DNA of 63,622 nt, counting the filler, from Chrysochromulina tobinii (Eukaryota): assembly GCA_001275005.1 (NCBI GenBank). It is 6 parts of 6 records of this genome, joined end to end, with 100 filler letters (N's around TTAATTAATTAA, not from the genome) between each part and the next. Parts side by side here need not be neighbours in the genome. Positions count along the whole stretch, not along the records: positions 14,505 to 26,356 come from JWZX01001088.1; positions 26,457 to 45,846 come from JWZX01001089.1; 4 more parts are not named here. One strand, 5' to 3'. A program made the position numbers and the translations under genes. The notes under the pieces are model-generated. The model was not told the origin of the DNA. It made no database searches and saw only the letters and a program-made list of their open reading frames with translations. This document shows, piece by piece, positions 22,205 through 31,743 of this stretch (positions are counted from its first letter, which is position 1; each line of letters starts with the position of its first letter).

Positions 22205-23782
22205 ATGCCTCGTCGAGCGCGGCGACGCGGGCAATGCTATGGCCTTGATGACGCCCAACGAGCACACGTGGTTCCCACCGGTAGCGAGGAGCTGCTGCGA
22301 GCTCGTAGTGACGCGCTCGATGGCCCGGCGGATCCGCTCGAGGCCAAGCGCTACCGCATCATCCAAGGAGAGCGTGTCTGCGGATGGTCTTGCGATCCAT
22401 CCAGCCCGTATTACGAGGAAGACAAGCACTTGTGCCCGGCGCAGTGCCACGGCCCCGGGGCGGATAATTACCACTTTTGCCCGGGCCAGAAGCCCTTTGA
22501 ACGGCTCGGCGACCTGTGCCCGACGGCGCCACCACCGCTGCCGCAGGCTACTGCCTATGGCCGGCGTGCGACCTGTGGCGACGATGCGGCCGCGCTGGCC
22601 GCCGCGGGCGTGTGGCTGCTGATTGGCGTGCAGACTGGGCCATTCAACACGGCTCGCCGCGTCGGCGTGCGCAGCTCGTGGAAGCGTTGGGAGGGCGAGC
22701 AGCCGGGTGTGCTCGTGTGCTTCCTTCTCGGCAGGCTAGGCCTGAAGCGCAAGACACTCGCGTCGCTCGACGCCGAGGATTCAAAGCACCGTGACATTCT
22801 GTGGCTGGACAATGCGACTGACGCAGGCGTTCCGACGCTCAAGGGCTACCACTGGTGGCGCGCCGCACACCGGCTGCTGCCGCCACCGGGCGCCACAGAC
22901 GGGCGCGGCGTGCAGATCGCGGCCAAGGTGGATGACGACTCGTTTCTGCATGTAGGCAACCTCGTGAAGGATTTGCGCCGGCTGCATTGCGTGCCGCACC
23001 TCCACTACGGCAACATGGCCTACTCAGGGTACGATCCGTCCATCTGGCGCAAGTGCGGCTTCTCTTGGCAGGACGACGGGATCGCCTTCCGTCGCGAGCG
23101 TTGCGCCGAATGCGGCGCGTACCCGCCTTTCCCGTTCATGAACGGGCTGTTGGAGCTGCTCTCGGCGCCCCTCGTGCGGTACGTCGCCACCTCACCCGAG
23201 GTGCGTCACTTCGTCGAGCGTGCGCACGACGGCTGCGAGGCGCGCCGGCTGGCAGGCTGGGACGTTTCAGCAGGTGCGCTCAAACAGCGCGGCGACCCGG
23301 GACCGCGTTGCTGGAACCGACAGGAAGACATGGTGCTCGGATTTTGGCTGGCGCGCGCCGAGCGCCGTGGACTATTTCGCGTGGCGTGGGTGAAGATCAA
23401 CGACCGCTCGGCCAACATGGGCTGCCTGAGCACCAAGGGCATGTACCAACGGCCGCGCCAGGATGTGATCTCGGTGCATAATCTCAAAGTCCGAGGGGGC
23501 CTCGACTACCTGTACGGCCTGCTACACGACGGCGTGGCGCATTCGGGCGAGAATTGCACCCGTTGGGTGTACTACGACAACTGCCGAGACCTCGAGAATG
23601 CACGGCCGATGGTGCTCAACTGGTGCCAACAGAACTGTGGCGGTGCGCCGTGCCCGAACACGCTCAGCGCTGCCTTCGTGAGCAAACCCGTGCGGGCGGA
23701 GGATAATGCTGGTCGAACGCGGCCCGAAAGACGGCAGTGCCGGAAAGTGTTGACCGGAACTGTGCAGACGCGATCGAGCTAG
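22205..23782 (+). CDS. GT31-family (beta-1,3-galactosyltransferase-like) glycosyltransferase
   Basis: LIGVQT...RRVGVRSSW, FLLG, EDSKHRDILWLD, TLKGY, AKVDDDSFL (DxD), PPFPFMNG..LLS, EDMVLGFWL. Confidence 0.88.
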   Translation: MPRRARRRGQCYGLDDAQRAHVVPTGSEELLRARSDALDGPADPLEAKRYRIIQGERVCGWSCDPSSPYYEEDKHLCPAQCHGPGADNYHFCPGQKPFERLGDLCPTAPPPLPQATAYGRRATCGDDAAALAAAGVWLLIGVQTGPFNTARRVGVRSSWKRWEGEQPGVLVCFLLGRLGLKRKTLASLDAEDSKHRDILWLDNATDAGVPTLKGYHWWRAAHRLLPPPGATDGRGVQIAAKVDDDSFLHVGNLVKDLRRLHCVPHLHYGNMAYSGYDPSIWRKCGFSWQDDGIAFRRERCAECGAYPPFPFMNGLLELLSAPLVRYVATSPEVRHFVERAHDGCEARRLAGWDVSAGALKQRGDPGPRCWNRQEDMVLGFWLARAERRGLFRVAWVKINDRSANMGCLSTKGMYQRPRQDVISVHNLKVRGGLDYLYGLLHDGVAHSGENCTRWVYYDNCRDLENARPMVLNWCQQNCGGAPCPNTLSAAFVSKPVRAEDNAGRTRPERRQCRKVLTGTVQTRSS

Positions 23783-24051
23783 ACGTCAAGTTGCAAGATT
23801 TGCATGTTTCGTGTACATGTACTGCGGGATCGGCTTGCATGCTTCGGCGTGCGCCGGAAAGTCAAACTCAAATTTCGAATGTGCAAAACATTTCTTGAGA
23901 CTTTTGGTTCTTGTCATCATCAAAACGCAAAGCACGGCGTGCTGACGATCGTGCCCACGACGCACGAGTCGAGTCGTGGCCTCTATTTGCCTCTTTGAGA
24001 TCGGGTAGTGTGGTCGGGTGTGTGTCAATCTATCGCGCTGTCAGGTGAGCC

Positions 24052-25390
24052 ATGGGATCACACCCGCGGATCAAATTTGCACCGCCAACCTTCAGACATT
24101 GGTCCTTTAAGCCGGAGAATCTGAACGGTGCAGCTCCTCAATTTCCTAAGCCCCTCCTCGGACGGGCTGCTGTCCAACGCAAAGCAACAGCCGAGATGGT
24201 CATCCCCAGCAGCAAGCTCCAAGAAATGGCCGTGAGAATGCGAGCTCTTGCTTCTTCGCTCGAGGCTCAAGTCGAGCAACCAACGCTCGAGATGCAGATC
24301 GGGTACAAGCTGCTGGATGGCGCCATCTCCATCCCACAATGCCTCAAATCGTGGGACGTGAAGGGGAAGGGCGAAGTGATCAAGACCGCCATGCGCCAGA
24401 ACTTGCGAAATATGAACTTCAGCGCCACGGCGATCGAAGTCGATGCTCTCTTTGATTCATGGGATGCTGACAAGGGTACGCTGTCAGACGCACCAGAGTC
24501 TGAATGCCTTTTGATCAGGCTGCACCTGACCACAGTGCCCCTGACCGGTGCCCCTGACCAAAGTGCCCCTGACCAGTATGCCCCTGACCAGCGTGCCCCA
24601 AACCACTGCCTCTGATCACTGTGCTGGGCTCTGTGTGAACCTCTGATATCGTATCACAGGCGGCTCGATTGACCTTAAGGAGCTCAGCGCTTGTCTCAGC
24701 TCGGCGCAACAGAAGGCGCAGCAGAAGAGGAACGCACCCGACCCGTCGCGGATCAAGGCTGAGGCGATACGGGCAAAGGCAGCGGAAGCGGAGGAAGCGG
24801 CCGCTCTCGCCGATCGGGCCGCAGTGCTTGAGGAAGAGCTCGAGGTCATGGTCGCCGACATGAACCAGCGTGCCGACCTTCGCTTTGGCGCGCTGCTGCA
24901 GGCCCGAGGGGTAAAAGCGGCCCAAGTTGTAGTGACATGGGGGTCAAGCCGTGGTGAGCACGCCGGCGAGCTCTCAAAGGAGGACTTCCGACGCGCCGTG
25001 ATTCGGCTACTCAAGGGGCTTCCTCCCAAACTCACGAAGCAAGAGCTTAGCGGGGGCGCCATCGCGAAGGGCATGGAGTACGGAGTCCAGCATGGTGTCC
25101 AGTCTGCGGAGGTACAGATGAGGGCACAAGCGAGCGAGGCTGCCCTCGAGTTCGAGATTGATGGTGTGTTCGATATGTTCGACGCGGACCGCGGCGGCTA
25201 CTTGGATGCGGGCGAGGCACTGACCATGATCAAGACGCTACAGTGCACTGGCGACAAAGCTGCGAAGGACCGCCGTTTCAAGGAGTACGAGGCGAGAGCA
25301 GTACGCAGCAAGGCCAATCGGCTCGGCTTGCTCGTGAGAGAGGCGGTGCGCTCGTCGAACGCCGAGCACCACTCAACTTTGGCTTGCTGA
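24052..25390 (+). CDS. EF-hand calcium-binding protein; intron 24476-24659
   Basis: Splicing completes WDADK-GGSIDLKEL; second loop FDADRGGYLDAGEA. The intron carries a GTGCCCCTGACCA repeat. Confidence 0.8.
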
Positions 25391-25759
25391 ACAGAGATGA
25401 GGCCAGTGTGATGGAACGTGAATTTTCAAAGGCCGCGGAAGGTTAATCGTGACGGGGAAGCGAGTATACGCGTGCCGAGATCCACGACGCCGTGCGGCGC
25501 GGTGACTGAAATGAGGCGATGAGGCAATGATGAGACCGCGAGATCAACACCCTCGTCACAACGAGCGATCAGGGCGGTAAATGCTGAAATCCCTTACGTA
25601 GTTTTCGTTTACGTTTTCTTCTAATGTCCACCACCCACCGAGCACCTCACCGACTCCGTACGAACGGGGTGATTTGCAATTTGCGTGACGACGCCAATCA
25701 CGCATTGGATCTCTCCTTGTGTACTCCTTGTGAGATCCTTGATCGTCGATCCTTCGTTG

Positions 25760-26356
25760 TTAGCACGCAAACGAATCGCCATGCTGCTGAGCTTTGTTTA
25801 ATTTGCGCTCTGCTTCCATCGCGAGCAATCCCCGCTCATTTGCCCGGGTGCGCACTGCCCTTGCCTCGAACTCCTTGGCACGCCGCTCGGTCACAGCTTT
25901 GTCGCCGGCTTGCTGTAGCGTCTTGATCATGGTCAGTGCCTCGCCCGCATCCAAGTAGCCACCGTGGTCCGCGTCGAACATATCGAACACGCCATCAATC
26001 TCCAACTCGAGGGCAGCCTCCTCATGTGCCTCCATGCCATCTGGGCGCGAGTCTCTCTCGGTTGCGGCCCCTTGATCCTTCTCCCGGCGCGTAACGGTCG
26101 GAGGAAGCCCCTTGAATAGCCGAATCACGGCGCGTCGGAAGTCCTCCTTTGAGAGCTCGCCGGCGTGCTCACCACGGCTTGACCCCCAGGAACTCACAAC
26201 TGCCTTTGCCTTCACCCCTCGGGCCTGCAGCAGCGCGCCAAAGCGAAGGTCGGCACGCTCATTTATGCCGGCGACCATGACCTCGAGCTCTTCCTCAAGC
26301 ACTGCGGCCCGATCGGCGAGAGCGGCCGCTTCCTCCGCTTCCGCTGCCTTTGCCCG
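25760..26356 (-). CDS. EF-hand protein paralogue, 5' part lost in the gap
   Basis: Highly similar to 24769-25390 (EEELEVMVA...RADLRFGALLQARGVKA...FDADHGGYLDAGEALTMIKTLQ), in inverted orientation. Confidence 0.8.
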   Translation of the reverse strand, partial: RAKAAEAEEAAALADRAAVLEEELEVMVAGINERADLRFGALLQARGVKAKAVVSSWGSSRGEHAGELSKEDFRRAVIRLFKGLPPTVTRREKDQGAATERDSRPDGMEAHEEAALELEIDGVFDMFDADHGGYLDAGEALTMIKTLQQAGDKAVTERRAKEFEARAVRTRANERGLLAMEAERKLNKAQQHGDSFAC

Positions 26357-26456
26357 NNNNNNNNNNNNNNNNNNNNNNNNNNNNNNNNNNNNNNNNNNNN
26401 TTAATTAATTAANNNNNNNNNNNNNNNNNNNNNNNNNNNNNNNNNNNNNNNNNNNN
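26357..26456. other. Artificial contig spacer
   Basis: N44-TTAATTAATTAA-N44. Confidence 0.98.
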
Positions 26457-26560
26457 GATACACAATGATATAATCAAGATATATGATGATATATAATGAT
26501 ATCTTGTATTGAAAATTCCCTTTTCTTGTATTGAAAATTCCCCCAATCCCGCAGTCACTG
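26457..26560. mobile_element. Probable end of an AT-rich MITE-like element
   Basis: GATAT/GATAC-rich repeats, duplicated TCTTGTATTGAAAATTCCC, ending in CACTG; same layout as the right end of 20210-20664. Confidence 0.4.
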
Positions 26561-27497
26561 CTGCGCCGCGGCGGTACACCTACACTGAGTCACTGACCCG
26601 GCGGGGGACCCGGCACTGTCCTCTGCAAAAGAATGTGCGCAAAAAAGAAAAGACGCAATCGGAAAAGACGGCCTTACCCGGCGAGGCGGCGGCGAGGCGC
26701 ATATACGTCCGGAGACTTACTTTTTTGTGGCGCAGCGTCTATGGTTAATTAGGTTAAATTATTATGAGTTTTTGACGAACCCTGACGAACCCCGCTCACC
26801 AACCGAAAACGGATGTCATGCACGGCATTAAGCAAGGCATGAAGCTTGGCTTCGTCTCGGTCAGCGCCTCGGCGCGCGTTCGAACAGGCCTCGCCTTGGG
26901 GGTTCAAGGCATTGCGGAAGATTTGCGGATTGGCGTGCCCCACTGCCCCAGGATCATGATAGGTTCATGATTCGATGTTAAGATTCGATGCGGCCAGAGG
27001 CGGACGCGAAAGATGGGGCTGACAGTAAGCAGGCGCCTTTACCATCGGATGCACTACCGCTTTGACGCATTGTGTTAGAAGTCACACAGACACACATTCA
27101 CATTCACACACACACATTCACACCATGGCGGGTACCGCGCGGGGGCGGTGTAAAAGGGCGCCATGCCCATGGTGAGCTTGAAGCTCATGGCGGGAGCGGC
27201 GAGGAGTACGGTAGTTGCGTCCGCGAGAACGACGGCTGCCGAGATTGCCGCGCGATGGTGTGCAAGGAAGGTGCGGGGGGAGGATCGCGAGAGGCCATAC
27301 CGGGTGGAATCATGGGTGGTCGGCGCGCGTGCGTGCTTACCGAGTGCCCGCAGCGCGCGGTCGAAGGTGGGGGAGAGCGCGCCCGTGGTCTCGGTAACCA
27401 TTGTGTGACACGGAAAAAAGCCGTGGCGGCACGGAAAGTTTTGGAGGTCCCGCTCATGCCGGTCGTGTGCCTGGGTGGGATCGTGAGGCGCTGGTCG

Positions 27498-28544
27498 ATG
27501 GCTATACCTAGCCCCTTGTTTTCCTTTTCGCCTCGGCTGACCGCCGTGACCTTCGCGGTCGGCTCTTTATGGTTCGCATGGCGCATCTCGGGCTCCAAGT
27601 GGCTGGCCATCGTTGTTGGCGGCTCCGTGGCCGTTGGCGTGTCGACGTGCCTGCAATGGACAGTGCTCGTGCGGACGCGGCAGCGGTGGCGTGAGGCGAG
27701 CGAAGTCGTAGCCATGGTGCTTGCGACGCTCAAGGACGACGGTGCGAGCTCGACGCCACGGCAGCACCCGCTGCCCATCAACCTGGCGCTGCTTTGGGCA
27801 GTGCAGCGATCGCCTGGGCGGCAGCATCCGCTGGAACCAGCGCCGTGCACGGAGAGAAGTCATGGCTCTACAGGCCTCCTCGAGCCTGCGCGCTTGCTTG
27901 AGGCGGCGCGGTACATGCGCTTCGCCACCTCGGCTTACGGCCATGCTCTCATGGCTACGTTCGGACCGAGAGGCGCCTCATTTGCCCCATCGGCCAAGGC
28001 GATGTTGGGCGGCGCCGAGGCCGTGGATCGTGAGGCCATCTGTCGGCACTGCGGCCTCGACGTCGCGGACCTCCACAGGCTTGCTGAGGGTGACACCGAG
28101 TGCCCGGCCCACTTTGTGGCCATCGACCGGAGCGCGGGCGCTGTCGTGCTCTCCGTGCGCGGAACCGCCTCCATCTCGGACGCGCTCGTGCACGATCTAG
28201 TGTGCGTGGCTGAGCCCTTCGCTGGCGGCCTCGCGCACGCTGGGATGGCCCGCGCCGCGCTCGCGCTACGCGAGCAGGCACTCCCTCTCCTGTGTCAGCT
28301 GCTTCTGGAGCGCCCCGGCTACCGGTTGGTCCTCACCGGTCATTCGATGGGGGCAGGGGTCGCGGTCCTGCTCGCGCTGCTCCTGCACCACGAGCGCTCG
28401 CATTCAGCGCTCAGGACAGCGCCCACGACAGCACCATCGGCGGCGCAAGTGCGCGCGCCCGTGCCGACAGCGCCGACAGCGCCGGCAGCGCCGGCAGCCG
28501 GCGCGGCGCAGCCAGCCGCGCAGGTGGCCGCGGCCTCGGCCCCG

Positions 28545-28584
<40 letters not shown>

Positions 28585-29174
28585 ACTCCGGCGCTGCCGT
28601 GCTCGATGGTAGCTTGCGGAGCCTTGCGTCCGGCGTGGCGCTGCCCGCGCACGCGGAGATCCACTGCTTTGCGTTTGCGCCGCCTCCTGTGTACGCGCCG
28701 TCGTCGGCGCCGCTATCCCCGCATGTGACGAGCTCGATTGCATGCTATGTGCACCACGCGGACGTTGTGCCCTCTCTCTCGCTCACCAACGTGCGCTCGT
28801 TACTCGCCGCGCTGCGCGCCCTCGACGCGTCGCCATTGTCCCTGCGCCACCGTGTGGACATCATTACCGGTAGGCAGCCGCCACCGAGTCGAGCGTCGCT
28901 CGCCTTCGGCTGCGATGAGCTGAGCAAGGCGCCCGCGACGGCGCCTTCGCTCATGGTGCCGGCTGCCGCAGTGGTCTCTCTCAACCACGTAGGCCGGGGC
29001 AAGTACGAGGCGGTGACGTGCAGCCCGGATGCCTTCGTGGCTCGTGGGATCGAGCTCGCTCCGAGCATGGTCGTCGACCACGCATTCGGATTCTACCAGG
29101 TGGCTCTCGACGCCCTCGCAGAGGATGCGGGGCGAGACAGCTCTGAGGGGGACGAGGCTGCCAAGGCGGTATGA
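27498..29174 (+). CDS. Class-3 lipase (DAG-lipase-like) with N-terminal transmembrane segments (start uncertain)
   Basis: HFVAID...VVLSVRGT, AHAGMARAA, LVLTGHSMGAG nucleophile elbow, CFAFAPPP, DVVPSLS, late DH. Confidence 0.88.
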
Positions 29175-29457
29175 GCCCACACTCAGCCTGACGCACAGCC
29201 CACACAACGTCCCAGAGGGGGACGTCGCGGGGCAGAGCCCCAGCCCGATCCGACTGTGTGAGATGTGTGGCATTCGTTGCGCCGCTGTCCGAGGAACGAA
29301 ATTGTAACCACACTCGATGTGCGTGTGTGTCGGTCCTCGGTGTCGGGTGTGATTTCTAACACACGCGACGCTCAGCACCAGCCCATTCACAGCCAATGTT
29401 TAGAATTCACACACGAACTGCGACGAAACTGACTGTCACGCGCTCGACTTCTCATCG

Positions 29458-30762
29458 ATGGCTGACGCATCGGGCAGCGATACGGAGGAAGACGAAGCGG
29501 TCATGGCTTCCGCGCCGCCGGTGGCTGCCACTGCCCCCTTATCGTCCGGTGCTGCGGCCGGTCCCGGCTCTTCATTTGCCGGTCCCGCCGCTGCTGCTGA
29601 CGACGAGGCAGCACTTTCAACAGCTCGGAAGCGCGCGAGGGACACGGCTGTCGAGGCGGAGGTGCTTTATGAGCGTGCGGCACTCTGCAGGGACCGCGCA
29701 GCAGCCGCTCAGGCAGCAAAGGACGTTGCGGTACGGTACGCACAGGAAGCGGAGGACCATGCCGAGTCGGTCCGCATGGCGGCCTACGAGGTTGAAGAGG
29801 AAGCCTCCGGTGCAGCCAAGGCGGTAGAGGAAGCGGAGGCAGCGGAGAATGCAGCCGACGCCGCTCAGCCGGCGGGGGCCGCCGCCGCGCAGCCGAAAAA
29901 GCGTCAGAAGCGTGCAAAGCCGAGTGCGGCGACGTGGAAGGCCCTCATCGCGGACGGCGAGTTCGGCCGGCTTCGTGTCCAAGTGGGTGCGACGACTTAC
30001 GCGCTGAAGCCCATCCAGGAGGCTGAGCTGCAGAAATGGGCTTCGGGGGACGGCGGGTGGGATACCGACTGGCTGCTCGTACGCGCTGGCATGCCCTTTT
30101 GCTTCGTGGCCAACTCGGGTGAAAAGAACCGACTGCTGCTCGATGAGTCGGATGAGCCGATTGCTGACGCCGACGCTGCGGCAGCGGCCGGTGGTAGCAC
30201 GAGCCCATCTCAGCAGGCGGCCACTTCTGCCGCCGCGCGCGCCGTCGCCGATGCCGTACGGGACAAGCTGGCGAAGTGCAAGGTGGCCTTAGCAGAGGCC
30301 GAAGCGAAGTTCGCGGCGGCGAAAAAGGCACAGGCTGACGCGCATGCAGCGGCCGAGGCGGCGGCGGCGGCGGCGGAGAGCGATGCGGCGTCGGCCGACA
30401 CGGCGGCCAGAGAAGCGGCGGCGGCGGCAGCGGCACTCAAAGTGGCGGAGGAGCGGGCGGCTGCGAGGGAGCGGGCGGCCGCCACAGCGGCTGCCCAAAT
30501 GACTCTCGATGCCAAGACTGCCGCGGCAGCAACGGCGGCAGCAACAGCCTCGGCGGCGGCGGCGGCGGAGCGAGCGGCAGAAGCGGATCACAATGCCGCG
30601 CTAATGGCGCTGTCCGTCGCTGAGAAGGCTCTGTCGGCGGCTGCCGGCATGCTGGCTGCGAGCCGTCAAGCGGCGGCCTCAGCTTCAGCCCAACATGAGG
30701 CCGCAGCCGCTGAGGTTGCCACGGCGGAGGCCACTTTGGCTCAACTGCGGGCTGTGCCCTGA
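29458..30762 (+). CDS. Ala-rich helical hypothetical protein with a KKRQKR NLS-like motif
   Basis: 434-aa ORF with a short globular core (WKALIADGEFGRLRV...WDTDWLLVRAGMPFCF) between A/E-rich helices. Confidence 0.65.
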   Translation: MADASGSDTEEDEAVMASAPPVAATAPLSSGAAAGPGSSFAGPAAAADDEAALSTARKRARDTAVEAEVLYERAALCRDRAAAAQAAKDVAVRYAQEAEDHAESVRMAAYEVEEEASGAAKAVEEAEAAENAADAAQPAGAAAAQPKKRQKRAKPSAATWKALIADGEFGRLRVQVGATTYALKPIQEAELQKWASGDGGWDTDWLLVRAGMPFCFVANSGEKNRLLLDESDEPIADADAAAAAGGSTSPSQQAATSAAARAVADAVRDKLAKCKVALAEAEAKFAAAKKAQADAHAAAEAAAAAAESDAASADTAAREAAAAAAALKVAEERAAARERAAATAAAQMTLDAKTAAAATAAATASAAAAAERAAEADHNAALMALSVAEKALSAAAGMLAASRQAAASASAQHEAAAAEVATAEATLAQLRAVP

Positions 30763-31743
30763 GGAGGGACGTGGCGCTGTGTTGAGCACATTCATGCACC
30801 ATGCTCGAGCAGGTCAACTGCGAGCTGTGCCTTGAGGAGGAGGAGGAGGACGGGAGCTGCCTCTCTCGTCCCGCGAGCTATGTGCAGGCGGTGTGCTCCG
30901 TGAGCTACCTGTACAGAAGTACCGAATGCATGCCGGGGCCGGGGCGTTGACGGGGCCCGCGGCGTGAGGGACGGGGGAGGGGCGTGGTGCTGTCGAGTCG
31001 TCACGTGGGGCCTCAGGGTGGCTGTGTGGGTGCCTGGTGCCTCGTGTCTGACACCCCCGGTGCACCGCATGGTGTCGCGTGCTCGTGGACCCGGCGCACT
31101 TTTTTGACCTAGGGGGGGACCTTCCCACTACTCACACCGGGTAATAAATTACCTCATAGGCTTTGAACACTGTGGGGCGCACTTTTTTGACCTAGCAAGG
31201 GTAGGCCGTAACCGAACAGAGATTTATTCTTGTTGAGATCCGTCATCCGAGCGCGACAGCGATCGCACGCTCGCACGCTGCCTCGCACGGTAACTTCACA
31301 CGCACGTTCCACTCCGACACCGCCGCACATGCATCCCGCCTACAGACGCCGCACTGACATTCGCACATTCACATGGTCACCGACGGCACCAGAAACAAGA
31401 TAGCAGATACGCCACGCATCATGAACAACAGCTTCCCCACATACAGCTGTACGCGCAAGCCCACATCTCTCCAAAACGACATCTGATCCGTGCAAGCACA
31501 GTCAGTGCATCCCGCCGCTCATTCCTCATCGCATCTCAATAACATGCTCCATCTCTCATGGGCCTCGGCGAGCGGTCTCAAGGCACGGAGCGAGGACAAC
31601 TCGCTCCGTGCCTTATTAGGCAGCCCACGAGGCGTTCATCCCGACGCTGGTGCAGTGACGAGTACGTTCATCACGACGCTCGGGCAGTGCCCTGTACGGC
31701 GCCCAGCGCGTGGTCACCGCTCAGCACGGCGCGTGCGCACCGC

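Noticed and set aside
26749..27010. Short minus-strand ORF (…NPQIFRNALNPQGEAC…)
   Set aside because: No ATG start, an upstream in-frame stop and no recognisable motif.
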